A DNA stretch of 64,000 nt from Methanocellales archaeon (lineage in GTDB: Archaea > Halobacteriota > JAWCLZ01): positions 10,084 to 74,083 of the forward strand of contig JAWCLZ010000005.1 of NCBI GenBank assembly GCA_038850275.1, read 5' to 3'. Below, one piece after another: positions 1 to 9,833 of this stretch. Below the pieces are notes generated by a model that was not told the DNA's origin, did not search any database, and was given only the letters and a program-made list of their open reading frames with translations. The translations under genes and the position numbers were made by a program. Positions within the stretch are counted from its first letter, which is position 1, and each line of letters starts with the position of its first letter.

Positions 1-1174
1 CCTTATTATAAAAGAGCCTGAGGATGGGGAAGATGAGTTTTTCCAGCGATTCACGAGGAAAATTATGAGGGAGAAATTAAATGCGAATGAAATACTCAAT
101 GCAATGGAGGAATTGGGTAAAAAAATGGATGAATATTACAGGGAGCAATATAAATTGGGGTTAGCTGAATTTAGAAAAACCTCCTCATTATTATATACTG
201 CTAGATTCCTCTCTAACTATTTAGAGCACGCGAACGACCCAGAGTACTATCAAGTTTTAAATGTAAGGAGGGATCAAAATGGAGATATAAATGGAAGAAT
301 AGAGCTTTTCTCCTGCATCCCAAAAAATATAACGAAGCCGATTTTTGAAGCCATATACGCTGGTGTGCTTATGTCAGCAACTCTTCGTCCATTTCAAATG
401 GTTAAAACTGTTCTAGGTATCGATAGAGAATGTGAAGAACTCTGCTATGGCTCAAGTTTTCCTAGGGAAAATCGCTGTACCATTGCAGTTGCTACACCAC
501 CTTTATTTGCAAAAAATCGAGATGATGAAGAAATAGTGCTTTTGATAGCATCGATATTGAATGATATAATTGAGCAGTGCAATGGAAATATAGCGATCTT
601 CTTCCCCAGTTCCAGCGAGGTTTTGAGATATAAAAATCTACTTAAGGGTAACTTATTCATCGATGAAGCAGGGATTTCCTCAGCTATAGTTAGAGAGGAA
701 TTCTTTAAAATGGGTGAGAGTGGTAGAAAAGCTGTGCTTCTTTCCTATCTCTGGGGCACTCTCGCGGAGGGAGTTAATTATAAAGATGAAAGACTTAGAT
801 GCGTGGTTATAGTGGGCGTGGGCTATCCATTGTTGAATGAAAGAATGAGGGCAATTGAGCATGCATATGAACATGTTTTCGGACGTGGCTGGGAATATGC
901 TATTCAAAATCCAACTATTAGGAGAATTAGGCAGGCAATGGGTAGAGTGATAAGATCCCCTTCGGATTATGGTGTTAGAGTACTTATAGATCTGCGATAT
1001 ACTAGTTTCTCTAGAAAAATTATCGGTAAATACTCAATCTACCACGCTTTTCCACAGGAAGAGAGAGAGGAATTTATAGACGTGGAAGTGGATAAAGTGA
1101 AGTACTCTCTTATGAATTTCTTTAGCGATATCAAAAATAAACTTCAAGGAGAAAATAAAGGGAAATATACATAG
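1..1174 (+). CDS. Rad3/XPD-family DNA helicase, C-terminal part (5' end lies outside the window)
   Basis: The reading frame is open from nt 2 with no upstream stop, so the gene is truncated at the window edge. It carries a helicase_C_2-like segment (VIVGVGYPLLNERMRAIEHAYEHVFGRGWEYAIQNPTIRRIRQAMGRVIRSPSDYGV) typical of XPD/DinG-family helicases. Confidence 0.7.
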   Translation, partial: LIIKEPEDGEDEFFQRFTRKIMREKLNANEILNAMEELGKKMDEYYREQYKLGLAEFRKTSSLLYTARFLSNYLEHANDPEYYQVLNVRRDQNGDINGRIELFSCIPKNITKPIFEAIYAGVLMSATLRPFQMVKTVLGIDRECEELCYGSSFPRENRCTIAVATPPLFAKNRDDEEIVLLIASILNDIIEQCNGNIAIFFPSSSEVLRYKNLLKGNLFIDEAGISSAIVREEFFKMGESGRKAVLLSYLWGTLAEGVNYKDERLRCVVIVGVGYPLLNERMRAIEHAYEHVFGRGWEYAIQNPTIRRIRQAMGRVIRSPSDYGVRVLIDLRYTSFSRKIIGKYSIYHAFPQEEREEFIDVEVDKVKYSLMNFFSDIKNKLQGENKGKYT

Positions 1175-1244
1175 CTTTGCTGAGTCTTCGATTCCTTTTT
1201 CAAGTGCTCTGCAGCTAGGGAATATTAAGCATTGCGCTTAAGCA

Positions 1245-1568
1245 TTAGCGCTTAATGCTCTCCCTTCCCAGTTTTAAGAGAATTTTCTGCCTCCAAGTTT
1301 CTATGTCTTCAAATAGCTTGCAAGCGTCTTTTAGATTGATCTGCTCATTCTCTCTATCCTTGTAACTCTGGCTCAATCTCTCTATCCAAATGGCACATTG
1401 CTTGCCTACCTCTGCATTAATTTCTTCAAGCTCAGGGATCTGCTCCAAGTTCGCCTTTACACCCTTTAGTCCTGTGATTATGAATTTCACTTTAGCTCTA
1501 TTCTCAAGCAAGGTATTCAGCCTTATATACTCTAGATATTCACCAAGTATCAATATCTCCCGAAGCAC
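1245..1568 (-). CDS. hypothetical protein, 107 aa, immediately downstream of the geranylgeranyl reductase on the same strand
   Basis: ORF of 107 aa with a 1-nt gap to the upstream gene. No recognisable motif. Confidence 0.35.
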   Translation of the reverse strand: MLREILILGEYLEYIRLNTLLENRAKVKFIITGLKGVKANLEQIPELEEINAEVGKQCAIWIERLSQSYKDRENEQINLKDACKLFEDIETWRQKILLKLGRESIKR

Positions 1569-1569
1569 T

Positions 1570-2757
1570 TCATTTCCCCCTAATTACTGCTTCAGCAGCC
1601 ATCTTGAACAGCTTCCATAACTTTGGGATTTTATTTGAGAACAAAAGCTTTTTGAAAACAATGGATGGCTTATCTATATCGCCATACTCAGTTATAATTT
1701 CCAGTATCTTGCTGTCTCCCATTGTTTCTATGAATTCCTCAAGTTCTATATCGCTCAACTTAGAGAAGCATTCGTGGATCATTAACCCTATGAATAGTTC
1801 TCTGCCTACTTTGGATCGCCATCTTTTTTCATACTCCAGCAGTCTCTCCTCAGCTGTGTTCCCCTCAAGCGCTGCTTTAGCTGCTACTTCACCAGCTATC
1901 TTTGCACATACAGCACTCATATATACACCTCCACCGGTAGTTGGCTTTACTTGTCCAGCTGCATCTCCCACTACTATTAAACCACTTGCAACTGCTTTTT
2001 TTAAAGTGCCAATTGGAATCCCCCATCTTATGAAGTTCCCCCTCTGTCCTATGTGCTTAGAACTTGCGATCACGTGACTAGTTAAAAGATGCTCTAGATA
2101 GCCCGTTGCATTTCTCGAGGTTGCAACCCCAATTCTAGCACTGCACCTATTAATTGGAACAGCCCAAGCGAAGAAACCTGGTGCATAATCTCTACCTAGG
2201 TAGATCTCCACAAAGCTGCTATCTTGAGGCAAAAAGCCTGCCTCAATCTGTGCTCCTGAAAGGATTTTTTTAACCCTTCCAAGTTCAGCATCTCTAGCTA
2301 TTTTACTTTTCAAGCCATCTGCTGCTATTGCTACTTTGCATTTAATCTCAAATCTCCTCCCCTTTGAAGCTGCCTCTATTTTACCTTGTGAAAATTTCAA
2401 AGCTTTAGTATTAAGCAGAACTTCCACTCCTTCAGATATCGCTCTATCTGCAAGCTCTCTATCGAATATCTCTCTATCAACCACATATGCTTTGGTTTCT
2501 CTTCCATCGATTGCAAGCATTTTACCACTTGGGGAATAGATGTATGCGCCTCTAATTTTATTTAAAATATACTTACCTTCCTCGAGCTCGCATTCTCTTA
2601 AAACTTCTTTGCTGATTAAACCAGCGCAGTGAACCGGGAAGCCAATTTTCTCGTGTTCCTCAATCAAAAGCGTGCTTGCTCCATATCTAGAGGCATATTT
2701 AGCTGCCATGCTCCCAGCTGGGCCTGCGCCAATTACCACTACATCATAGTTTTTCAT
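1570..2757 (-). CDS. geranylgeranyl reductase family FAD-dependent oxidoreductase (archaeal lipid saturation)
   Basis: N-terminal Rossmann FAD motif VVVIGAGPAGSMAAKYASRYGASTLLIEE. 395 aa, with overall similarity to digeranylgeranylglycerophospholipid reductases. Confidence 0.8.
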   Translation of the reverse strand: MKNYDVVVIGAGPAGSMAAKYASRYGASTLLIEEHEKIGFPVHCAGLISKEVLRECELEEGKYILNKIRGAYIYSPSGKMLAIDGRETKAYVVDREIFDRELADRAISEGVEVLLNTKALKFSQGKIEAASKGRRFEIKCKVAIAADGLKSKIARDAELGRVKKILSGAQIEAGFLPQDSSFVEIYLGRDYAPGFFAWAVPINRCSARIGVATSRNATGYLEHLLTSHVIASSKHIGQRGNFIRWGIPIGTLKKAVASGLIVVGDAAGQVKPTTGGGVYMSAVCAKIAGEVAAKAALEGNTAEERLLEYEKRWRSKVGRELFIGLMIHECFSKLSDIELEEFIETMGDSKILEIITEYGDIDKPSIVFKKLLFSNKIPKLWKLFKMAAEAVIRGK

Positions 2758-2780
2758 TTAAAACAAATCTTTTAAGCCCC

Positions 2781-3077
2781 TTGCATATGAGATTTGCTAT
2801 GTCTATGTTTATGTCTATATTCATGGTAATAAAAACTGCAATTGCACTTGCAGCTGGATATATAGTTAGCTATTTCTTCCCCTCCAAGTTGCAGATGATC
2901 GAGCGAGCTGTAATTGCCATTGGAACTGGAATTGCTATTTTAATTCTCATTAATTTTTTCTTCTTGAGCTACAATGGCATCCTAGAGGTAAGGGAGAATT
3001 TAATATCGATCTTAGTGATCGTCATAATAGCCTTTGGCTTGCAAATATATCTCAAATACATCTCCAATCGATGGTGA
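2781..3077 (+). CDS. small hydrophobic membrane protein, 98 aa
   Basis: Three predicted TM segments and no conserved motif. Confidence 0.35.
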   Translation: MHMRFAMSMFMSIFMVIKTAIALAAGYIVSYFFPSKLQMIERAVIAIGTGIAILILINFFFLSYNGILEVRENLISILVIVIIAFGLQIYLKYISNRW

Positions 3078-3083
3078 AATAGA

Positions 3084-3437
3084 ATGAGTAATTTTGAATA
3101 CAAGCAAGTGATCGTTGTGAGAGAGGATTTGAAGCTCTCAAAGGGCAAAGTAGCTGTTCAAGTTGCCCACGCTGCTATTGAAGCCTATTTAAAAGCAGAG
3201 GAAAAAATAAGAGAAGCCTGGAGAAATGAGGGGCAGAAGAAAGTGGTGCTCAAAGTAAGTTCTTTAAGCGAGCTGCTTGAACTCAAGGCAAAAGCTGAGA
3301 GCTTAGGCTTTGCCTGTGCATTGATCGCAGACGCGGGCTTGACTGAAGTGCCCCCTGGGACTATAACAGCACTTGGAATAGGCCCTGAGAAGGCTGAGAA
3401 GCTTGATGCTTTAACTGGTAATTTAAAGCTACTTTGA
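3084..3437 (+). CDS. pth2: peptidyl-tRNA hydrolase, archaeal/eukaryotic PTH2 type
   Basis: 117 aa. [23 protein letters not shown] ... [17 protein letters not shown] is the PTH2 signature. Confidence 0.85.
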   Translation: MSNFEYKQVIVVREDLKLSKGKVAVQVAHAAIEAYLKAEEKIREAWRNEGQKKVVLKVSSLSELLELKAKAESLGFACALIADAGLTEVPPGTITALGIGPEKAEKLDALTGNLKLL

Positions 3438-3496
3438 AGGTTATTCTTACGTCTTGAAGGGTTATTCTTATGTATGTATCTGCTTAGTAATCTCAC

Positions 3497-4504
3497 ATGC
3501 ACCTCAAGGCATATTTAATCAGGCGAATGGTTTCCCTCCTTCCAGTCCTCTTTGGCGTGAGCCTCATTACCTTTGCGCTCTCTCATTTAATACCCTCAGA
3601 CCCAGCTAGAGTCTGGGCAGGTGCGCGTGCAACTCCTGAGCAGGTTAAAATAATTGCAGTGCAGTATCACCTTAATGAGCCAATATATCTTCAATATTTT
3701 TATTACCTCAATGACCTAATTCACTTAAACTTGGGAATTTCGCCCACGACAAATAGACCAGTGGTTGAAGACCTAGCTGAATATTTCCCAGCAACCATGG
3801 AACTTGCGATTTACAGCACGCTTGTAATTATCATCTTTGGAGTTATCTTAGGCGTGCTCGCTGCGTTTCAAAAAAATAGAGCCATAGATGGTATAATAAA
3901 AAGCTTAGCCACATTTGGAATTTCAATGCCAATATTCTGGCTTGGCCTTGTGCTGCAGTTTATCTTCTATTACAAACTCGGGCTCTTCCCATATGGAGGG
4001 CGAATTTCAGGGGTTCCTCCCCCAGTTCATGTAACTGGGCTTTACACTATAGATAGCTTGATTAGCTTTAACTTTGAAGCATTGCTAAATAGCCTATGGT
4101 GCCTTGCACTTCCATCTTTTACCCTTGGCTTTGGTTTAATGGGGATAATTTTTAGGCACACTAGGGCAAGCATGCTTGAAGTGCTAAGCCAAGATTACAT
4201 AACTGCAGCTAGAGCTAGAGGGCTGCCTGAGCATAGGGTGCTATTTAAACATGCTCTTAAAAATGCTTTAATCCCAACCGCTACAATGGGTGGCTTTCTA
4301 TTTAGCTTGCTCCTTGGAGGGGCTGTTATAACTGAAACTGTGTTCGCTTGGCCAGGTATAGGGCGATATGCAGTTGGCTCTATGCTAAGCCTCGACTTTC
4401 CAGCGATAATGGGAGTTACCTTGCTCGCTGCTATTATTTATATCGTAGTCAATTTCAGCTTGGATTTGATCTATGTATTGCTTGACCCAAGGATAGGATA
4501 TTGA
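3497..4504 (+). CDS. ABC peptide/nickel transporter permease (OppB/DppB family)
   Basis: 335 aa polytopic protein with an EAA-like loop (ITAARARGLPEHRVLFKHALKNA). It is the first gene of a four-gene opp-like operon. Confidence 0.8.
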   Translation: MHLKAYLIRRMVSLLPVLFGVSLITFALSHLIPSDPARVWAGARATPEQVKIIAVQYHLNEPIYLQYFYYLNDLIHLNLGISPTTNRPVVEDLAEYFPATMELAIYSTLVIIIFGVILGVLAAFQKNRAIDGIIKSLATFGISMPIFWLGLVLQFIFYYKLGLFPYGGRISGVPPPVHVTGLYTIDSLISFNFEALLNSLWCLALPSFTLGFGLMGIIFRHTRASMLEVLSQDYITAARARGLPEHRVLFKHALKNALIPTATMGGFLFSLLLGGAVITETVFAWPGIGRYAVGSMLSLDFPAIMGVTLLAAIIYIVVNFSLDLIYVLLDPRIGY

Positions 4505-4508
4505 GACC

Positions 4509-5336
4509 ATGGCGTTGATCAAGCTAGTGAGGCAAAAAAGTTCCGCGATAGGGGGAGGAATTCTTTTTATCTTGACCTTGATTGCTTTACTTGGCCCTAT
4601 TCTCCTGCCAAGTGATCCCTATGAATTGAATTTTGAAGAAAAACTCCAGCCTCCTAGTTTTAAGCATATCTTTGGAACAGATGAATTTGGTAGAGATATA
4701 TTCACTCGAGTGATACATGGCGCGAGAATTTCACTTGGAATTAGTGCAGCAACATTGCTAATTTCAGCATCGCTTGGCATTGTAATTGGAATGATCGCTG
4801 GCTATTTAGGAGGGTGGGTGGATGAGATATTTATGAGGATAGCAGATATCTTCCTATCCATCCCTAGTTTAATCCTAGCTCTTGCTATAACAGCTGCACT
4901 TGGGCCTAGTTTGATCAATGTAATGATAGCCATTGGAATAGCTTGGTGGCCATTATATGCGCGATTGATGCGAGCTCAAGTGCTCTCGGTTAAGCAGAAT
5001 CAATATGTACTTGCTGCTGAAGCCATGGGAGGCAGCACTAGCTATATCTTACTTCGCCACGTTCTCCCTAATTCGATTTCGCCGTTGATTATAAACGCTG
5101 CTATGGATATTGGCAACATCCTCCTTGCAATAACTGCCCTTGGATTCATTGGATTTGGAGCACAGCCTCCGGTTCCCGAATGGGGGAGATTGGTGGTTGA
5201 TGGAAGAGCTTATTTAATCTCAGCTTGGTGGTATTCAACACTGCCTGGCTTTGTTATCTTCATCACAGTGCTAAGTGCAAATCTATTAAGCGATGGCCTA
5301 AGGGATATCCTTGATCCGAGGTGGAGATATGAATGA
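4509..5336 (+). CDS. ABC peptide/nickel transporter permease (OppC/DppC family)
   Basis: 275 aa and polytopic. Its 4-nt overlap with the next gene suggests translational coupling. Confidence 0.8.
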   Translation: MALIKLVRQKSSAIGGGILFILTLIALLGPILLPSDPYELNFEEKLQPPSFKHIFGTDEFGRDIFTRVIHGARISLGISAATLLISASLGIVIGMIAGYLGGWVDEIFMRIADIFLSIPSLILALAITAALGPSLINVMIAIGIAWWPLYARLMRAQVLSVKQNQYVLAAEAMGGSTSYILLRHVLPNSISPLIINAAMDIGNILLAITALGFIGFGAQPPVPEWGRLVVDGRAYLISAWWYSTLPGFVIFITVLSANLLSDGLRDILDPRWRYE

Positions 5337-6268
5337 GGAATGAAGTTTTACTCAGTGTTAAAAACCTTAAAGTGAGCTATCTCACTAGAAGTGGTTTGAT
5401 AAAAGCTCTTCATGGGGTTAGCTTTGAGGTAAAGAGAGGGGAGACCCTTGGCTTAACTGGTGAAAGTGGATGTGGCAAGACCACAACTGCTCTTGCAATT
5501 CTAAGATTACTTTCAAATGCAATAATTGAGGGGCAGGTCCTATTTAAAGGAGAGGATCTATTGAAGAAAACCGAGGGAGAACTTCGCTTGATTCGAGGGC
5601 GGGGGATTGCTATGATATTTCAAGAATTAACTGGTTTAAATCCAGTTTTGAAAATAGGGGATCAAATTCGCGAGGTAATAAAAATCCATAGGAGCTCACT
5701 TGACCCAGAGATGCTTTTACACCTACTCAGGCTTCCGGAGCCTAGATTTCTATTGAATTGCTATCCCCATCAATTGAGCAGTGGAATGAGGCAGAGAGTT
5801 ATGATTGCATTGGCAATTGCAAGCAAGCCAGAGCTGGTGATAGCTGATGAGCCAACTTCAATGCTCGATGCCACGGTTCAACTGCAGATTTTAAATTTGC
5901 TTAAGCAGCTTAAGAAAGAACTCGAACTTTCAATGCTATTGATATCCCATGATTTGAATATGTTAATGCAAATATGCGATAAGATAGCGTTTATGCACGT
6001 AGGCAAACTCATAGAGCTATGCTATATAGATGAAGAGAAGCTCCATCCCTATGTTCGCTTTCTCTTAAATATATCTTCAAGTAATCTGGAGGAGATATCT
6101 TCGAGTGATTTAATTGGAGATATTAATAATAAACTTCAAGGTACATCTAAAGGCTGCTTCTATCAAAAGCTATGTAAATATGCTAAGCCGATTTGCTATG
6201 TTTATGAACCTGAATTCCGCGAGGTAAAACCAGGGCATTTTCTAAGCTGCCACGCAAAGGGATACTAG
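5333..6268 (+). CDS. ABC transporter ATP-binding protein (OppD/DppD type with oligopeptide C-terminal domain)
   Basis: Walker A GESGCGKTT, signature LSSGMRQR, Walker B LVIADEPTSMLD. The C-terminal Cys motif KGCFYQKLCKYAKPIC is characteristic of Opp D/F ATPases. Confidence 0.85.
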   Translation: MRNEVLLSVKNLKVSYLTRSGLIKALHGVSFEVKRGETLGLTGESGCGKTTTALAILRLLSNAIIEGQVLFKGEDLLKKTEGELRLIRGRGIAMIFQELTGLNPVLKIGDQIREVIKIHRSSLDPEMLLHLLRLPEPRFLLNCYPHQLSSGMRQRVMIALAIASKPELVIADEPTSMLDATVQLQILNLLKQLKKELELSMLLISHDLNMLMQICDKIAFMHVGKLIELCYIDEEKLHPYVRFLLNISSSNLEEISSSDLIGDINNKLQGTSKGCFYQKLCKYAKPICYVYEPEFREVKPGHFLSCHAKGY

Positions 6269-7192
6269 ATGATCGTGCAAGCTAAAGAACTGCGCAAGTA
6301 CTTTAAAATCAAAGAGGGGCTTATCAAGGAGAAGGTAATACGCGCTGTGGATGGAATAGACCTAGCTATAAAAAAAGGCGAGACATTAGGCTTGGTAGGG
6401 GAAAGTGGATGTGGTAAGACCACTACTTGCAAGCTGCTTTTACGCTTGTTAGAGCCTGATAGTGGTAGTATATTTTTCAATGGCATTGAAATCACAAAGC
6501 TTGGGAAATTTGAGCTTCAAAAGCTTAGGGGGCAAATGCAAATGATATTTCAAGATGTATCAACTGCATTCGACCCTAGAATGAGGATCGAAGAAATAAT
6601 ATGTGAGCCTCTTGAGATATCTAGATTGAGTGTTGAAGAAAAGAAGGATCGATTGAGGGAAATAATGTTAGATGTTAAAATAAGTCCTAGTTTACTTGAT
6701 AAATATCCACATCAATTGAGCACTGGGCAAAAACAACGCGTTGGAATAGCTAGAGCATTAATTTCAAAACCTAAGTTTTTAATAGCAGATGAACCAGTTT
6801 CCCATCTCGATATAGCAATTCAAATGCAGATTTTAAATCTCCTGAGGGATTTAAAGGAAAAGTACAACTTGAGCTATCTCATAGTGGCTCACGATTTAAA
6901 AGCAATTAGATATATTGCTGACCGCATTTCAATTATGTATCTTGGCAAGATCTTGGAGACTGCAAGCTGTGAAGTCTTATTCACCAAACCAGTGCATCCA
7001 TATACAATTGCCCTGCTTGCCTCATCTAGTTTTAAAGAAGAATGGCTGCTCCTTCAAGAGCCTACAGAAAGTCCTCCATCTGGCTGTAGATTCCACCCTC
7101 GCTGTCCAATGCGTGAGCAAATCTGCTTGGAGATAGAACCTGAGATGGTAAAAGTAGGTAGAGATCACTTTGCAAGATGCCATTTTATTTAA
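6269..7192 (+). CDS. ABC transporter ATP-binding protein (OppF/DppF type)
   Basis: Walker A GESGCGKTT, signature LSTGQKQR, Walker B LIADEPVSHLD, and C-terminal CRFHPRCPMREQIC. Confidence 0.85.
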   Translation: MIVQAKELRKYFKIKEGLIKEKVIRAVDGIDLAIKKGETLGLVGESGCGKTTTCKLLLRLLEPDSGSIFFNGIEITKLGKFELQKLRGQMQMIFQDVSTAFDPRMRIEEIICEPLEISRLSVEEKKDRLREIMLDVKISPSLLDKYPHQLSTGQKQRVGIARALISKPKFLIADEPVSHLDIAIQMQILNLLRDLKEKYNLSYLIVAHDLKAIRYIADRISIMYLGKILETASCEVLFTKPVHPYTIALLASSSFKEEWLLLQEPTESPPSGCRFHPRCPMREQICLEIEPEMVKVGRDHFARCHFI

Positions 7193-7226
7193 ATATTTAA
7201 TAGCCATTTTAATTACCATTGCCCTC

Positions 7227-8000
7227 TCAATCACGCGTGCTCAATGCATTGATGATATCTCTTCTCGTAACTATGCCTACAATTTCATCCTTCAAGTTGA
7301 GCACTGGCAAGCCACCTATATCCTCTTGAAGCATGAGCTTCTTTGCATCTTCAATAGAAGTATCTGTTCTAACATATTTTACATCCATGGTCATGATATC
7401 CTCAACCAGAAGCTTCTTCACCCTGCTATCTTGATGCATCCCTGGGACTAAGTCTCGAAATGATTTGAAAGCTCTTGCGATATCAGTTTCAGTGATTATA
7501 CCTATGAGTTTACTCCCCTCGACTACTGGCATTCTACCTATATCTCGATTAAGCATAATTCTCCTCACGTGAACCACTCTATCGCTCCTAGCAGCGGTTA
7601 TAGGCTCGCTCATTATTTGAGAGACATAGCCATCTAGATGAATTACCTTTAGCACCTCCTTTGGTGTAATCCAACCTATGAGTTTGCCTTGATAGACAGC
7701 GAGGGCTTCAGAATTTCTCATTAAAGCTAAGACATCGCTTATGCTTGCCTCAGCTAATATCTTGCTATATTTATTGCTCAAAGCAGTTGAAACGTGAAGC
7801 TGAGTTGCTGGAATGCTACCCTTCCTTCGCGAGCCTAATACTCTTACTATTTCTCGAAGTGTGATAATACCAGCTAGCTCGCCATTGCTTAACACAAGTA
7901 GCGATCTCCTCCTCTTCTTCTCCATTAAATCAAGTGCATTTGAGAGAGCTTCATTCTTATCTATTGCAACAGGTGCCTCCATTATATCACGCGCAAGCAT
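7227..8000 (-). CDS. CBS-domain-only protein (4 CBS motifs), last gene of a 5-gene CBS operon
   Basis: Repeated CBS cores (GRMPVVEGSKLIGIITETDI, GGLPVLNLKDEIVGIVTRRDII). No catalytic or transport domain. Confidence 0.75.
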   Translation of the reverse strand: MLARDIMEAPVAIDKNEALSNALDLMEKKRRRSLLVLSNGELAGIITLREIVRVLGSRRKGSIPATQLHVSTALSNKYSKILAEASISDVLALMRNSEALAVYQGKLIGWITPKEVLKVIHLDGYVSQIMSEPITAARSDRVVHVRRIMLNRDIGRMPVVEGSKLIGIITETDIARAFKSFRDLVPGMHQDSRVKKLLVEDIMTMDVKYVRTDTSIEDAKKLMLQEDIGGLPVLNLKDEIVGIVTRRDIINALSTRD

Positions 8001-8878
8001 TAAACTTCACCCCTTGCAATTGCAGCTACAATATCGGTCTTAGATATCATTCCAAGCAGTTCTCCATTCTTCACCGTTATTGCATCAACATCTTCTTCCA
8101 CTATCATTTTAGCAGCAGCTGTGGCAAGTGCTTGGGATTCAATTGTAAAGAGAGGGGAGGACATGATATCCTCAGCGATCAACATTACTTTTTTAACATA
8201 GCGATATTCTTTAATGCCAGCTGGTGAAGATTTACGAGTGAGCTTTAATTCCTTATTCAAGTCTCGCTCTGGATTTAAATCTATGAATGCAAGATCTGAA
8301 AGAGTAATTATACCAACAGGGGCTCCTTTTCCATCAACTACTATTACTCTATCCACCCCATTTTCATTCATTTGATCAATTACGTGATTAATTGAGTGAT
8401 ATCTATGAACAGTAACGAGGGTTGAGGACATGATATCATTAACTTTAACTTGAGATTTAGAATTAGCAAACCACTTCACTAAATCAAATGCTGTAATTAT
8501 GCCAATTAGTCTTTCATTTTCCACCACTGGCAAGCCTCTGATGTTATTTTCGATCATAAGCTCAGCCGCTTGCTTGGGCGTGGCTGAGGGATAAATGGTT
8601 ATTGGCTTTTCAGTCATAACGAGCTTCACTGGGATTCGATCTATAGGTCTCCTCCTCCAACTGGGCTCAGCTTGCAGCAATCGCTGGGTTAAATCTGATT
8701 TGGTTACCATTCCAATTAATTTCTCTTCCTCAGTCACTACCAATCTAGAGATCTTTCGCTTTAACATGAGGTTTCTAGCTCTAGCTATGGTATCACTAGC
8801 TGAAATGGTGTAAACAGGCGTGGACATTATTTCATTTACCTTCACTTCCCTCGTGGATATTATTTCATTTACCCTCAT
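8000..8878 (-). CDS. CBS-domain-only protein (4 CBS motifs)
   Basis: RGLPVVENERLIGIITAFDL, VDRVIVVDGKGAPVGIITLSDL. Its start abuts the stop of the downstream gene. Confidence 0.75.
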   Translation of the reverse strand: MRVNEIISTREVKVNEIMSTPVYTISASDTIARARNLMLKRKISRLVVTEEEKLIGMVTKSDLTQRLLQAEPSWRRRPIDRIPVKLVMTEKPITIYPSATPKQAAELMIENNIRGLPVVENERLIGIITAFDLVKWFANSKSQVKVNDIMSSTLVTVHRYHSINHVIDQMNENGVDRVIVVDGKGAPVGIITLSDLAFIDLNPERDLNKELKLTRKSSPAGIKEYRYVKKVMLIAEDIMSSPLFTIESQALATAAAKMIVEEDVDAITVKNGELLGMISKTDIVAAIARGEV

Positions 8879-9833
8879 GTCCCTCCTCCATTGCGCGTAG
8901 ATAATCTCTCTCAGTGATTATACCTAGGAGTACTCCATCTTTAATGACTGGCAAGGCCCCGATGTTTTTCTTCTTCATGATTTCAGCAGCATTAGCAAGG
9001 CTCTCATCGGGTGTAATTGTGGTTAAATCAGCTGACATCAATATCTTCAAGGGCATCTCAAGTGCTTCTTGGATATGCCCAGTCACAAGCTTGCTAAATA
9101 CCTCTCCGCTTGCGAAGTATCTTAAAATATCACTCGCGGTTACCATTCCAAGTAGTACGCCATTGCTGACTATTGGCAGTCTTCTGAAACCTTCTCCCAC
9201 CATTAGCTTTATTGCTCTCTCAATCGCTAGAGCAGGTGGAGCTGTGACTATGTTTTTGCTCATGTAATCCTTCACTAGCTTATGGCCCAAGCTAGGTAGA
9301 ACAATATATAGTATATCTCTCTCTGAAATTATCCCCACAATTCTATTTTCCTCATCCACAACTGGCAAGCCTCCTTTTTTATGGGCCATCATTAGCTCTA
9401 GTGCTTCTTTAAGCGAGCCTCCTCGATTTATAGTTATAACATTTTTCTCCATGATTTCCCGGACTTCTTCATTTATAGCTGCAAGTAAATTGCCTGAGTA
9501 TCGATTTTGCACAATTCTATGTCGCTCTCCCCCTCCTAAGAAGTCCAATATATCTAATACGGTAACTATTCCAACAAGCCTATTTGTACCTGCATCTGCA
9601 ACTGGAATTCTTCTATAGCCATATTGAGTCATAGTCTTTATAACACCCATGATTGTCATTGTGGGAGGCACAGTTATAACCTCTTTATTTGCAATCTTCA
9701 TAACCTCTCCATCGCGCTCTGGAATCCTTGATTTAAAATCCACTGGACCATAATCCTTCGTTCCCCTCCCAAACATCTCTGCGCCTTTCTTGGGAGGAGC
9801 TGGGCTTCCAGTTTTTTTAACCTTTTTCATCAT
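8865..9833 (-). CDS. CBS-domain-only protein (4 CBS motifs) with a basic N-terminal extension
   Basis: GALPVIKDGVLLGIITERD, RRLPIVSNGVLLGMVTASDI, GGLPVVDEENRIVGIISERDI. The N-terminus is Lys/Pro-rich (KKVKKTGSPAPPKKGAE). Confidence 0.75.
   Translation of the reverse strand: MMKKVKKTGSPAPPKKGAEMFGRGTKDYGPVDFKSRIPERDGEVMKIANKEVITVPPTMTIMGVIKTMTQYGYRRIPVADAGTNRLVGIVTVLDILDFLGGGERHRIVQNRYSGNLLAAINEEVREIMEKNVITINRGGSLKEALELMMAHKKGGLPVVDEENRIVGIISERDILYIVLPSLGHKLVKDYMSKNIVTAPPALAIERAIKLMVGEGFRRLPIVSNGVLLGMVTASDILRYFASGEVFSKLVTGHIQEALEMPLKILMSADLTTITPDESLANAAEIMKKKNIGALPVIKDGVLLGIITERDYLRAMEEGHEGK

Noticed and set aside
445-907. Minus-strand ORFs 445-660 and 680-907 inside the helicase gene
   Set aside because: They are fully antisense to a well-supported coding frame, low complexity, and carry no motifs. 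I treated them as chance ORFs.
1127-1174. Shared 14-mer aataaacttcaagg (peptide NKLQG-xx-KG) at the C-terminus of the helicase and in OppD (6129-6142)
   Set aside because: This is a single short coincidence between unrelated proteins. In OppD it belongs to the expected oligopeptide C-terminal domain. There are no flanking repeats suggesting a mobile element.
1211-1262. Near-palindrome agcattagcgcttaatgct between convergent helicase and hypothetical genes
   Set aside because: It is imperfect and short, and sits between convergent stops. It is probably only an incidental hairpin or shared 3'-end structure, not strong enough to call a terminator or binding site.
1604-2077. Plus-strand 157-aa ORF inside the geranylgeranyl reductase gene
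   Set aside because: It is antisense to a strongly conserved FAD enzyme frame and Ser/Pro/Leu-rich, which is typical of spurious antisense frames.
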